Shown: positions 13,745 to 27,440 of the stretch, piece by piece
Position numbering within the stretch: position 1 is the stretch's first letter
How the letters are laid out: every line of letters begins with the position of its first letter
Assembly (NCBI GenBank): GCA_002633005.1
Contig: NMRA01000044.1
Location: 902,074 to 966,073 of the forward strand
Direction of reading: 5' to 3'
Origin: Phoronis australis
Lineage: Eukaryota; Animalia; Phoronida
DNA: 64,000 bases
Notes under the pieces: generated by a model
What the model was told of the DNA's origin: nothing
What the model saw: only the letters and a program-made list of their open reading frames with translations
The model's database searches: none
Position numbers and translations under genes: made by a program

Positions 13745-13831
13745 ATGTTTCGTGAACGTTGTGGGTCTCTCCGGTGGAAGTTCAATAGGCTTGGAGTTAA
13801 CGAATGTGATGTAGGGAATCTGCTTGCGGCT
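13745..13831 (-). CDS. Unknown gene, first shared exon C1 (87 nt, phase 0-0): SRKQIPYITFVNSKPIELPPERPTTFTKH
   Basis: attgcag acceptor, CAT|gtgagt donor, open frame. Confidence 0.85.
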
Positions 13832-15533
13832 CTGCAATTGGGACAGTCCCGCAATAAATAAGAGTTAGGCAAAGACATGTCAGAAATGACAATCCATGGC
13901 AACCAGTACAAGAACACATAAGTTACTTCTCTGCCTAGAACAGATCAAGTCATCCTTTGAAATTTAAGTTTCAGAGATTTCTTTGGAAATAATTCAGCAA
14001 AATATGAATTTTGCCCCAGAAAACTTAAAAAATTATAATTAATTTGCATGTGGTTAAATATTTATGACATCCATCTGTTAATTTATTATTATGCGGTTAT
14101 AAATTTATCCCATCAATTCTTTCAAGCTTAATTATTTTACATGTGTTCAAATATTCATGGCATCAATCAATTAAAGGCTTATTTATTTTGCTAAGTGGAG
14201 ACAGCAATGATGAATGGAATTTCACTCCAATAACAACAGCCATATGATGATTGCAGTAAGTTTCCAGCTATATGGCAAAAAAGGATTGTCGAAATTGTCA
14301 TTTTCAGAGTTTTCAAAGGCTGGTTACTTTGCGACTAAAAATGGAAACTTTACCAAATGTCTTATGGCATCGGTGCAGTACAAACCATACCGGCAACAGA
14401 CTACAATTTGTTAACGTTTATTTTTTAGGAGAAATTTCACAAAATATGACGTGACTTGTTGGCCATATTGTGCGCTAAATAAGTAAAAAGTTACGAATTC
14501 TTCAGACTGTATCAGTTATCAAACCAACCAAGTCCTGCGTTTGCTAGAAATATCTCTGGTTCCTAACACCACTGTTTACTGCCATTGAAAGTAATTAAAG
14601 TGCATTGCGACTTATGATAATACACATGTTGGACAGAAAAATTCACAACATTCAACAGTGATTCAGTCACACAATAAATCAAGTAGGGTAATAAATACTC
14701 AATCCAGATTCTTGACAAATTTAACAAATATCAGAGTAACTGTTAATTATTTTATACTAGAAATTACTCGCTGGTATCTTTGCACTATGTACAGTAAAAC
14801 TAAAACATTACCTGCTCAAATTTTCAGCAGAAGTTCATCTAAAGTACACAGTGTGTTATCACAACAAAACCTCAAACATGTCAATATCTGTTTTTAATTT
14901 CATGGTAGTGACAACATGCCAGACTATTTCTCACCGGTGTTTTTACGAAATCACCAATTTAAAATCTTATTCAATGAACTTCATACACGTGCTATGGTCT
15001 TCATTTAGCTTACTTGTGATAACTTTGAATTTGATGTGAATTAAAGCAAAATTAAGGTAGGATATAGTATCAAATCTCCCAAACACAGTATAAAGGCTGA
15101 GTAAGCTACAATGGCTTTACGCTTGAAATTGTTTATCGATGACTTGACACTAGTAAACCAGAGGATTTTTAATAAAAGACACAAAGACTAGAAATAATTT
15201 TTCTTTTCTTTTTCTCATGTTTCGAGTTGTGTCTAAAATGCTGAATAACAATATTTTACACATTTATAAGGCAAAAGTAGAAAAAACGATTTGTGCTTCA
15301 ACCCCTCTCAAGCGAATCCACAAATATTGGAAGTTTTCCTTCCAATTACAGTTAAACCAATACAGTGGGCCTAATTTGAAGTTATTTAGATCTCAGTCTT
15401 ATTGATTATCAATAAGATAAGACTCTTGAAGCAATCACTTCTACTAAACCCTCTTCAAGAAAGACTTGGTGAAAACCACAGGTGTCAAGTTACATCAATG
15501 CATCCCATCAACAATTAGCAAACTTTCAAACTA

Positions 15534-15770
15534 TGGTGATATCTCACCAATTTAGGACACAATGGGGAGATGAGCGAAACCTTATTTTATCATTTTTTGT
15601 GAACATGTGTAGCACAAAATTAAATGATATTCCCTCTTCAAGTTCTGTTCCATCATCAAACGAAGTTTTGAAAAAATGTACGCATTCACAACTGTGATAA
15701 AAAGGCCTTAGAAAATGAAAACGGATAGTTTCGGAAAACATTTTTGTCTCCAATAAGCGAGGTTTTACCA
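15534..15770. mobile_element. MITE family A copy with TA target duplication
   Basis: TA|TGGTGATATCTCACCAATTTAGGAC ... CCAATAAGCGAGGTTTTACCA|TA. Confidence 0.65.
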
Positions 15771-17153
15771 TATATGTCACTATGTTTCAAATAGGTTTCA
15801 CAAAAATCAAACAGTTCAGGATGCAACATGATTTTTTTCTCTTCTAAATCTGAAACCGCATTTAGACTCTCCCGACAGTCTAATGAATACATCATCACGT
15901 TGAGATCAACATAGAATTTCCTTGACTATGGTACTGGAGATCATTTTGAGTAACAATTTTTTGCGAAATTCAGTGAACAAACAAATTCATACGAACACAT
16001 AAACATCAATTCTTAAATGCACAATAACAGTCTGAAGTCCAGACATTGGAGTTATTAGCTTTAACCAGAGCTATAAATCAACATTTGCTGTTCTTGTGGT
16101 TTTATTACAAATCCCCATTCTCGCCATTGTCCAGCAGACATTCTATGAAATCCAGCCAGGTGACTTTACTAGTTAGATATAGTTGAACTAGTCTGCCATT
16201 TATTGGGTAAGATGAAGTTCAGCAAGCAGAATTATAGACTGCAATGGCGGGAGTACAAAGTTCAATTCCACATTTGAGCTGATCTCAAGAAAATCAATTT
16301 TCTGGTAGATAATGTCTTTCAGTGACACTATTCACTTGAAGACTAAAGTATAAGATGCGCATGCCTCACACCTGTTCTTATAAAGAAAGTCAAGTGAAGT
16401 CTTTCTTATGTCAAATATTTGGCACTTGTTTAAAGACATGATTTGGCATTAATTTTGTACATATCAGACTTTTAACAACTTGATAAGCTTTGCTAACTGG
16501 CTTGACTAGTCACAAGTTCTTTCTTCAACTTGTGTTAAATTCAATTGCACAATAAAACATGTTTCTGCTTTTTAAACGTGACTTTCTCAAACCAAGTAGG
16601 ACAAACAAAAGAGATTTAGTTTTTACAAAAAACTCTAGTTAAGTACAAATTTTGTAGGCATTAGAAATTCAAGGAAAAGCCTGTATACACTTTTGAAAAT
16701 TGATTTTCCAATAATTTAAGGCTCTATCACAAAAGGTACACATTAAAAACATTATAGTTTTAAAAAGACTTTTCAAATGTTTAAGTGGAATGGAAATGTT
16801 TTCAACGATAAAATATTTTACCTGATAATTAAGGGGATTATTAACACTAATAGCATCCCAATTATGAATACCCAAATGTTAAGCAAACATTTTTAGAAAT
16901 TATTCAGTAAACACCCAAAAACAATATTTTTAGAATTAGACGAAAAATTGAACTTACAAGTGTATAAGAAGAAAATTTTGAAACAAATTTGATACTTCAT
17001 CAATCAAAGGATATCCTTCACAGCCCTAAGCCACTCCAGATTTAATCTTTAATGCATACAAACGTTGAAAAGTTTATGCACTATGTTTTACATAATATCA
17101 AATTTAATTTGAATCCAATGTATAGTCCAATTAAATAAATCCATGAAATTTAC

Positions 17154-17534
17154 CGCTAAACTTTGGAGATTTGGTGCCGATTTATAAACCTGAGAGCTCT
17201 CAACAGGTGGAAGAATCATAACCTTCGTTGCCGTGGCAACATCTGCGGATGGACTACGGCATCTGTGTTGTCGGTTGTTACACAGAACACCGGGACACCT
17301 ACTATAATGTATCGTCTCCAAAAGTTTGTCCGGGTTACTAAGCGTGGGAGTACGACTGAAGATGTGATTTTCATGACACGCGTAACAATATGCCGTGGCA
17401 AAAATCGAAAAGTTATTGTCGCTTAGACTAGGTGGCCAGTAATCCACAAACTCACGGCACGAAATCGTTCTAGGGTGAGCTTGAATATCAGGGATGGCAT
17501 GGCCTGTTACGAATGCCCATTGTACATCCTCCAT
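17154..17534 (-). CDS. Unknown gene, candidate alternative first exon V4: MEDVQWAFVTGHAIPDIQAHPR...NLQSLA
   Basis: aaaaATGG start, 148-codon CpG-rich ORF, in-frame phase-0 donors (GCG|gtaaat at 17153; also AAG|gttatg and CAG|gtttat); the donor actually used is uncertain. Confidence 0.5.
17227..17240. promoter_or_regulatory. RFX X-box-like palindrome GTTGCCGTGGCAAC
   Basis: One mismatch from GTTGCCATGGCAAC. Confidence 0.5.
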
Positions 17535-20500
17535 TTTTACATAGATGCCTTCTTTAAACGCCTTACGGATTCGGAATATGCTTTTATTCTAGATTTTCAA
17601 ATCAATATCCCGTATGTGCGTGAGCGATTTTAATAACGCCTTTGTCAGGTTTTCAAATTAGCACAGCTTGTAATCCATCAAACTGAAGAGAAAAGCTGAC
17701 TCCATTTTCACTTTACCAACCGAAGACCACGTCAAATGTGTAACACAACAATCCCTTCCAATGAATTTTCAACTCTTGATCTTCACTGCTAATCCTAATA
17801 GCATCAACACATCCACAGGTTGTATGTATTCAGTTAATCACCAGGAGCTGACAATAATGAAAATATCCAGCCTTAATCCCCTCTCACTCACAGGATATGT
17901 GATAGACCGCTGTCTCATTCACTACTGGCACTGCTGTTGTTGGCCAACAAATTAAGTACACCTATACCCACAATGTGACAGAGGATTCACTGCTGAGGTG
18001 TCTGCCACTTGACATCACATTCACACATATCATAACATTCCACCAACAGTTTCTTCAATGACCACTCCAGTCCTATAGAATCTTCACCACTGGAAACATC
18101 AATGGCCTCTCAGTTACCAAGTTTAATTTACTCCATGATAGGGTTATGTAAAACTATCCACTGAGCTCAGTCACCGGTCTTGTCGCAACTGCCTGATAAC
18201 TCCAACTGATCAGGATGTATGGGATTGTCCCACCCTAATCAAGGAGTGTGAAAGTTTGCTCCCAGCAGGCTGATTGATAACAATTGGCTTCCATTGGCTG
18301 ACCACAAACCAAAGCATTGTCAATGGCAACGCATGATTGGTTATGACTGTCTCCAAAGGACAGAGCTATCTTGTCACCTCAGGAAATACAGTGTTGGAAT
18401 GTGTAAGAAATTTGATGACCACTGTTCAAAACCCAACGATTATTTGAAAGAGACTGATACACAAATATTGCATCTAATTCTCAAAAGTGTGAAAGCGAGA
18501 CAAAGTGTCCCTAAAACTTCAACAGTTTCAGAGAATTGATTTAGTACTGAGATAAGAGTCGTTTGATAAGGTTAGCTCATTTGAGTGGCTGTTCAGACCA
18601 GTAAATCCCTCAGAAGTGGCCTAACTCGATATAACAATAAATAATGTGCCAAGAAAAAATTGCATATACAAACAAGGTGTGCAAAGAGAGATTAGGCCAC
18701 TGTCTTACAATATTCAGATTCCCCGGCCAGAATTATGAGGTCTTTTGCCAACACCGGATAAGTTAAAACACAGGCGTGACTGCCAAAAGAGCAAACAAGT
18801 GTGATGGTAACCCAAGTCTTCATTGTCGTTCACGACAATTTCCAACAGTACAAAAAATGATAATTTACATACGAAAAAACAACATAGTAAAAAATGAATA
18901 GATTTAATTAACAAATATTTCATTGATACACAAAAAAGACAGGGTAAACAACATTCTGGGAACCTTACTATGTTTTAAGCTATAAATCAAGCATAATATC
19001 GCAAGGTATAAAATATCTGAAAACAACATGGAGCTACAAATAAAAAGGCCTTTTCATACTAGCTTAAATCAGCATTAATTATGCGCCGTTTGTAAAAAAC
19101 AAGTTTTAATTTAGACATCATAACATTTTGAACTTGGCCTTGTCTTGTTCCCTTCTCAGTTGAGAAGTATGATAATTTTCCACTGATTTTGCATAAATTA
19201 ATTATCATTTTGTGTGACCTGAAAGTGATGAGCTTCTTGCTCTGAAATAAATATGAATAGCGAGTTCTTCCCAGAGATTATGGTAATTCTCCATTTATCT
19301 AGAACGCATTATGGCCGACAATTGAAATTCTTTTTTCTAGAACAGTAACAGTTAAGAAAGTTCCAGTCTGTCCCTAGAATGGTTTGTACTGTGTGTTTGG
19401 TAAATTTTTCATTACTTACAGGTTACGTATCAGCCTTTGTCTGAATGAATAACAAACTGTTAGTTCCGTCAAAACCTTTAAATCACTCCCAATATGACTG
19501 AGGAACGATTTGATACCTGAATTTCATGACAGAATGTGGTCTCAATCAAAGTTATTTTTGTGATAGAAGGCAGGTGGCGCTTTATTACTCTGATAACAGA
19601 GAAGTGTTGACATAAACTGCTAAGTTAGTTGACCCCTCCAGATTTCAGTAGCAAGCACACAGCGAAGTTAATGCATGATTAAGTTCCGAAATTATTATAC
19701 AGGCATAATCTTTTTGAATTTGAAGTATATACGTGATAAAAAATTAAATGACAGAAGTGCTTCTAGTTGTAGAATGGCAAATATTTGAAAAACATTAACT
19801 AAAACCACAACACATGCCGTTATTGAAAGTGACACCTGGTGATAACTTGTATGACACCGAAGTTAACTATTCATGCCGCATCGAACCATCGAGCTCCGCT
19901 GTTAAATCCACCAATTTACAGCGAAGTTAAATTTCGCTGTTAATTTTGACCCAGGACCGTAAAAGGTATGTTCATACTGACTGACACTCCCTAAAATATC
20001 AACAGAATGATATTGGTAGGAAAGGGATATTAAATTATATAAATTTAATGCCTTTTAAAATTGTAAATGTAAGTAAATTATGTGTTGGAATCCATCAGAA
20101 TTTAAAAAACTTGGTATTTGGAAATAAACAAATTGTGTTTTGCCAGAGCATTACCATTTCACAAACAAGAGATGTCACAATACATCACCTGTTTAAACTT
20201 TTATGACATTGATGAACCTAATGGTTTGGCCCATTATGGCTTTTGGAAGGCACTAATTGGCTAGACTTCAACATCACGCATTACATCACATCACATTTAG
20301 GATCATTATATTGTCAACAACCCCTGGCACTTAAATGGGAACACTGGTGAATCCATAAAGCCCAATGCAAAGGCCATGGAGGTAATTGCGGTGGGAATCG
20401 CCCTCCCAGCGTTCATGGTTCCTGGCGTACTCAACTGAAGTTCTTTTGACGTACAGTGGAATTGAGTTTCGGCCAACACATGTTTCCACCATCGGGAAAA

Positions 20501-22202
20501 ATGCCAGTACACATAATGTTTACAGTAATTCTTCGCTTTAACTTCAAACAGAAATAATTACTGAAATATTGTAATTCTTTCTTTATCAAAGGTTGGTTAT
20601 CTACAAATAATGGATATTTTACCATGTCCAAGTGAGAGACGCAAATATACTTTTGTGACAACAATTACGACTGCATTATTTCAACAGTGGGTAAGATGTA
20701 CACAATATCATGTGAAACATAACACAGTACCTTCTTTTAGAGCCAGGATGAAACACCTTGTCACAAATTTGGGGTAATAAGACCAAGCACTAAAACCAGA
20801 AAAGTGCCATTCTCAAGAAAAAGATGCTCTACGCGGGGGGAGAGAACGTGCACCAAGGTAGCTTTAACAAACTAAAAATAACTAGATAGTTTATTTCATA
20901 CTTTCAGCCTTATTCGATAAGTTTCACCAGGGATAACAAAAATCAAGTTCTAACCTTAACATGGACAAAAATACTCTTAGTAACACCCTCTATGGACAAG
21001 GAACCAATTAGTTAACACATATTAGTACTGCTCAACAAACCAAGGAATACAGGATATTTCACTGGTCACCAAACTGACAATAACATGACAGCACAGTCAT
21101 AAACACTACAAGTTTGACTTAATAACACCTTTTTGAACATTAGGTCTCGCATCATCAGCCAGACAGTGTGTGCATCAAAAATCTTTTGACGTCTTGTAAC
21201 ATTACAGCAAATCCCGGTGATGCAGGCGTTGATAAACTGGACACGCAATTATCACCAATTTGGGCAGCATAGTCCATCAAAAGAATGAAAACACAAACAG
21301 AAAAATCTTGACTGGTTAGGTAACTCTTATCTTAATACCACCAGCTTAACATGAAATCGTGAAATCGCAGCCACCAACAGAAATTGCTAAGGAATTTCGA
21401 CCATCCCAAGTGGTTGAGCTGGCTACTCAGGAGTCTAGATGAACTATCCCAACAAAATGACAATATTACTATAACCAGCTCAGCTTTCAATTTTCTTTTG
21501 CAACTACTCTGCAAAAGTAATCGCATCCTGGTGCTTTTGACATATTCTATTCTATTCTATTCTATTTACAAAAATTTCAAGGACAACAACTGCAATTCGT
21601 TCAATAAATATCATCAAACAGAAACTGATTTTCAATAAATAACTCAGTTTCGGCGGTCTTCAGTTTAACCCTGAAGTTTGCTGTTGCCCAATTTATACAA
21701 TAAACACTCCGAGTAATTCTGGGGGATTTTATTATTTTTGATGAGTTGAGGCCTCAGGAAGTTACCACACTCGTCCTTTCATGGTCGTGATCTCAATAAA
21801 AATTTACTTTTATTCTAGAGAGTTGGCAGATTAGCAGATACTGATTTCTGGGGATATTCAACAGGAAAAAATTGTCCTTTCGTTCTAGGAAGTAACACAA
21901 TCAAAAGTTTTTAGTACTTTGTATTGAGTTAAAAAGAAATAACCAACATTTTAGACAGACACCCTTTAACACAAAAAACAAACGAACCACGAAAACCTCT
22001 GGTCAGAAGCTGTTGAATAAAATTAACCTAAATTTACAGAGTTCCTGACCCTGAAAAAGAAACCCATCTACAAGCCACTAAATTGGAAAAGCCAGGTTTT
22101 CCTATCGGGAATACAAAACCACAAGGTCAGCACACGCTGCCCACGCAAGCAAGTACCGGTCACCTGCCTCCACAGGTGACCGTTCCAACTGGCTAATCTT
22201 AC

Positions 22203-22400
22203 TTCTTTTATCTTATTTAGAAGATTCTTGTGCTCTACAATCTCCATACTGATCCCATTGACACCCAGATCAGATAAAGGTGCCCGCGCTGTCTGGTATT
22301 GACTCCGACCTTTCTCCATATGTACGCTGGTTATGCGCCGACCGAAAACTGCCAATGTGCAATGCTTGCGAAAGTTTTTCCTCAGACTAAACGAAGACAT
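22203..22400 (-). CDS. Unknown gene, candidate alternative first exon V3: MSSFSLRKNFRKHCTLAVFGRR...KNLLNKIKE
   Basis: accATG start, GC-richer ORF, GAA|gtaaga phase-0 donor (CAG|gtgacc further on is also phase 0). Confidence 0.5.
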
Positions 22401-23663
22401 GGTTCAGGAATACACTGATCTCCTAGGTTAAGTGACTATTTGAGAAACAACTTTGCGGTCAAGGAAAACACTTCTGTATAGGGAATAGCTGAGATGGATA
22501 TAATTATTCATTATTCGGATCAAATCATGAGAAAACGTAGTGTAATTTTAGACAGACTGGTAATATAGAATTCCTCTAGAGATCTCAAACACACAATTTT
22601 ACGATCAAGTCAACATCAATCATCGATTTTCCTCCCAAAGGAATTTGAGAGTTTCACGGTTTCCGAGCGGCAAACTAAAAAACCCGTTACACGCACAGCA
22701 CAAGATAAAAGTAGTAAGAGACAAAATTCGTTTCCCCATTATCATGGCAGCAAATTTCCCTAACAGTAAAATGACTGTAAATAAATCTCAAAACTCATCA
22801 TACTATGAGTGGAGCGTCGACAAAATGTGCGAAGTTAATTGAATCGTTCGTACCAGCTTCAGTAAATCACAGCATCCAAGCAAAGGATAGGTGATGCTGT
22901 TGTCAACGAAGTAATCACAGGGTGGCGCTGATGCATCCCATGTGCACTAAGATTATTTTTTAATGTGACAATTTGATAACATCCATGTGGACAATTGACA
23001 TTTAACCTATTTCTAATTCGATTGGTGATTATTTGAGCAAAATAGTAGCCATTTACAATAGCGGCGACACCGCTCTTTAAATGTTGATAATTGTGGCCAT
23101 GGCAATATAACTTTGATGAAACCTATGTTGACCGTTCATATCACACTGTAGCGGTGACGCTCCGTTGTTGAATCCACTTATTTACTGCCAATTTAACTAG
23201 TGCTGTTAACTTCAATCCAGGATTGTGCACACTGACCACAATTCAGTAAAACATCAACGCATTGACGTTTAAGTGTGAAAGGGCCTTAATTAAGGGTGCC
23301 AAAATTAAAATTAAAGAATGGCTTAAGTCACTTTATTAAATTTCCTGATAATTCATCTTCATTCTCCGTCATAAGGGAAGACTATGCTGAATTCAGCATC
23401 TGCTCAACAATCATGGAATTATGGGTCACTTCGTCTGAATTCTTTTGGCTTGTACTGTAGGTAGGGATTAAAAGGTATAGTCTGTAATAACTTCAATAGC
23501 TTGCTATGCTTTGACGCCATGACTGATAGAGATATTGACAAGAGGTGATAGAGAGACTTATTAAAGTGACCTTTAAGATAAAATTGTACTCCTGAAGACA
23601 GTAGTTATGAAAAGATGATTCCATGCTCATTATCAAGTTCCATAAAGGCAGAGGATACTCAAT

Positions 23664-25056
23664 AAACAAGGTAGTTAAACACTATCATAAAAATGGCCAT
23701 TAGATGGCGCAGAATGCGTCAACTCCTTTTGAATTGAGAAGGTGGCATCGCCATCTCTCTAAAACACAACTATTTTCCAAATTTCATTGAAATAAGCCAA
23801 TAATATAAAGGCAAACGTAAAAAACAATTGACAATAGGGGGCACGGACGTTATTAGGTCCGATTGGTCTGAAATTCATCGTCATCTCAGCGGTGCCATCT
23901 TTATAGAAGCACATCTGCCAAATTTTGCAAAGATCCTTCGAACAGTTAAGATGATACAGCCATACATGCAAAAAAGCAAAATTGGCCCTAAGAGGCATCA
24001 TAAACTCAGACGTTACAGAGGTAAACATAAAAAAAACATTTTACTACAAGGGACGCAGTGGTATTTGGATTAGTTCGACATTTGTTACCATTTATCGTCA
24101 GCTCCATACGAACAATATCTTTTTAATTTTACAAAGCTCCTTCAAAGATTCGGCCTGACGCAAAAAACAAAATCATCAATAGGAGGAGACACAGTAGTTG
24201 GACCCGACTGAAAGTCAACTTCAGTCGTAGCCTTCTCATCAGGAATACATAATATGTACATCAGCAGTACCACAGATAGGGAGGTGGACACAAGAAAACA
24301 AATAGAAAAATAACAAAAATGGCCACGAGGTGGCGTAGACTACACAAAATCTGTCCCAAATGGGAAGATGTTGTCGTCTCAATAGAAACCTATTTGCCAA
24401 ATTTCATGAAAATACATACTGGAATAACAAGATATAGAGGTAAACATTTTGCCCCTAGGGGGACAGGGTATCTGGATCAGTTCGACACTCGTTACCCTCT
24501 GTCGACGGCTCCATGAGAGTACATCTTTCAAACTTCACAAAACTCTTAAGAGCTAAGGAGATTCACCTGCAAACAAAATCACCACTAGGGGAAGACACAG
24601 TAGTCGAAAGTCACTCGTGGCCTTCTCATCAGCAACACATCTGTAAATTTTTATCATGATCCTTTGAGCAGTACGGTGATAGAGAGGCACGGACGCAGAA
24701 AACAGACTCAAAAATGACAAAAATATATAAAAGTGGCGTGATATTTGTCAAATTCATCCGAAAAGGGTATGCATTATCACCTCTGTATTAAAAACCTATT
24801 TGCCGGACTTTGTGCAAATTTGTCAAGGAACTCCAAGAAAGAAGAAAAAATGTAAAAACTAAAATTGCCACTAGGGGACACAGACGTATTCGGATCAGTC
24901 TGAAACTCGTCCTCAGACTATCATCAGTTATCAGAAACACACCAACCAAATTTCAAAAAGATCCCGGAAGGGGTTTAGGACATACAGCCACGAGCACCTG
25001 AATGCCAAACGCCCAGACAGAGATGATGGCACATGTTTATACGCGAGTGCATAAAA
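23664..25056 (+). mobile_element. Composite repeat with internal degenerate tandem units, resembling Helentron-associated (HINE/DINE-like) elements
   Basis: Starts AAACAAG; about ten degenerate units with AAAATGGCCAC/ATTGCCACTAGGGG and CCAAATTTCA motifs; ends near CAGACAGA and GCATAAAA; class assignment is inferred. Confidence 0.6.
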
Positions 25057-26092
25057 CTTGTCACTTTTCATTTTTTAATGGCTTCTAAGCATTGTTGTAA
25101 TAATGGCCACAATTTTTCAAAATACTGTCTCATTGGTGGTTGAACTCAGACATGGCAAAGCATTAACTTTGAGCTATGCATCTTTTATGGACAATGCGAG
25201 AAAATAAAATTTCACTTGTCCGCTAAATTGTGTTCTAAATTCATGAGATTTTACTGTACTTTCAATTATTCACACAAAACACGGAACCATCAGTCATCAT
25301 TGAAGTAGCTGCAGTTCAAGAAATCATCATGCAAAAAGTAACGATTTTTAACAACTTGTGAAAACAAAATTTACCACGGGATTATTTTACCCTCGGCCAA
25401 TAATCATGAACATAATTACCATTATATTAAAAAATTTTATTGCTAAAAGTTTCGTTATCATTATTCATGACAAAATTACTATTATCAGCCTAATCACTAT
25501 TGTCACATTAATATTATTGAGTGCAACATTACACGCAGTTCAATGCACTTGTAAGTTATTAATTGATAGAACAAAAATGAAATTTAAAACTCTACATCTG
25601 TTTAGCTCTCCAAAATAACAAAATCGAAACTAGGCCACCTATAACCTATAAAATCAATGTCAAATTTTTTCATAAGGACAAACTTTTTACGAGTCCACAA
25701 ACAATAAATAAGAGGATTTACGGGTTAAAATATACTCCAGAAAATGATATTAGCGAATCGTTCCATTAGTTTGAATACTTTAATTGTATGATACTCTATT
25801 GAATTGTGAAAAGGTTGCTACCACACCATGGCAAGAAAATGTTTAAGCCCTGTAGTCTGACAGGGTTCTGAATTAGACGATTTCTTGATCTCACACCGAC
25901 AACCGCATGACAACTAGGAAGTGCTGCTTTGAAACAGGAAAGAGAAATTAAACATAAATTATGAAGAAAACTATTGAACATAAATGCGACACATTACACA
26001 AAAATGTGCAACGAAGAATAAACACAACAGTCACAATGATGGGAAACCAAATCGACAGCATTAGGCAGCTCTTATCCCGAGTATGAGAAAGA

Positions 26093-26105
26093 GTTGCCCG
26101 GCAAC
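26093..26105. promoter_or_regulatory. RFX-type palindrome GTTGCCCGGCAAC
   Basis: Perfect inverted GTTGCC/GGCAAC half-sites with 1-nt spacer. Confidence 0.5.
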
Positions 26106-26697
26106 TAGACAGTCAACAGAAAAATCACTGTCAGACTTTCCACCTTCTCAGAGAACAGTCTAGGGCTTTTGCATAATAGAAAAACACCATCAATATTTAA
26201 AAAACTTCCATTTACCGAAATTGGGAAACCTGATATTCTTAGATCTTGTTGTTCCCAGAAGAAAGGACATGAGCCAGCTTCACAAAATACTTAAAGAAAG
26301 GTCCACAACATGTGAATTGCATTTCATCAACAGCTTCACCTAGATACTTGAGACCAACACCTGATGAACCATTAACAAACAGCAGTGAACAGTGAAAGTA
26401 AATTTTTTAATCCTTGAATTTAACACGTGCATGAACACATTTCCTTGGACACGTTACCCATTCTAGCCGTGTCAGTTGGCTTTCCTGACGACTGATTAGT
26501 GGTATTAAAATGATATTAAAATGATATAGCACAATATGGTCTCAGTGAACAATGGTGACAACAAAATTGTTAAAAAATAATGCAACAGCATATTATAAGA
26601 AAATGGACAAAAGGCGAACTTTGTTAACAATTATTGTAATGTTTCGATTTATAATTCAGGCATTAATTTTTGACTCTGTTAACAAATTAACTCCTTT

Positions 26698-27049
26698 CAC
26701 AATTGCATGCAACAACTATAGAAATTTCCTTAACATAAAAACACCTATGTCTTGTAAACAATTCCACAAAAAACGAATGAGTCGGCAAAATAAAATCGGA
26801 CAGACAAGCCTCGATTATTAAAGTAGCGTAAAGAAAATTTGCTCAGAACAGAAGCTGAATAATCAGTGTAAACAAAATTTATTTCACAGTTGCATGCTAC
26901 AAATATAGACATTTCTATAACATAAAAACACTAATGCCTCGTAAACATTTCCACAAAAAACAAAATGAGACGGCAAAATAAAATTGGAACTACAAGCCTA
27001 TAAAAGTAGCATAAAGACATTTGTTCAGATCAGAAATTGAATATTCAGT
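26698..27049. repeat. Diverged tandem duplication, about 187-bp period, two copies
   Basis: CACAATTGCATGC...AACATAAAAACAC...CGGCAAAATAAA...AAAGTAGC at 26698 and again at 26885. Confidence 0.8.
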
Positions 27050-27251
27050 AGAAAGTCACATGGTGACGAAAGGAAGACCCAAGCATTGAGAAACTCGAAG
27101 ATGGAAGATTAAAATGTAAAAATTACCCGTTAGGTGCAGTGAAAACGATCATCATCAATAACAGCCTTCAACTTACCTGCCATAAATTTTCAGATCCCGA
27201 TTCTTTACAACCCCAGACTGAATTAGTCAGCAATCATATCTCTGAACTTAC

Positions 27252-27440
27252 TGTACTACAAGATCCACCTAAAGAGAAGTCGTTTTCTGACGAGCAACTG
27301 CTTTTCAATGACGTGCCCGTAATGGACATGTCATTCAGGACCGACAACAACTTCGGAGTCTTCACTGGTTTTGTTTCTACGGCAACCGACTTCCTTCGCC
27401 GGTGCTTGAAAACTTTCAAGACGTTGAGCAGCATAGCCAT
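27252..27440 (-). CDS. Unknown gene, candidate alternative first exon V2: MAMLLNVLKVFKHRRRKSVAVETKP...GGSCST
   Basis: gtcATGG start, 63 open codons, consensus ACA|gtaagt phase-0 donor at 27251. Confidence 0.65.

Noticed and set aside
15686-15898. Protein-looking ORF MMYSLDCRESL...
   Set aside because: Its 3' part is a MITE end, the donor is phase 1 and lies in the TIR, and removing the MITE creates an immediate TAG.
15816-15898. Minus-strand GTGATGA...CTGA spaced like a C/D snoRNA
   Set aside because: No convincing terminal stem, internal boxes or recognisable rRNA guide.
27234-27236. Selenocysteine reading of the in-frame TGA
   Set aside because: No redox-type context, the 3' UTR is outside the window so no SECIS can be shown, and an upstream donor removes the TGA.
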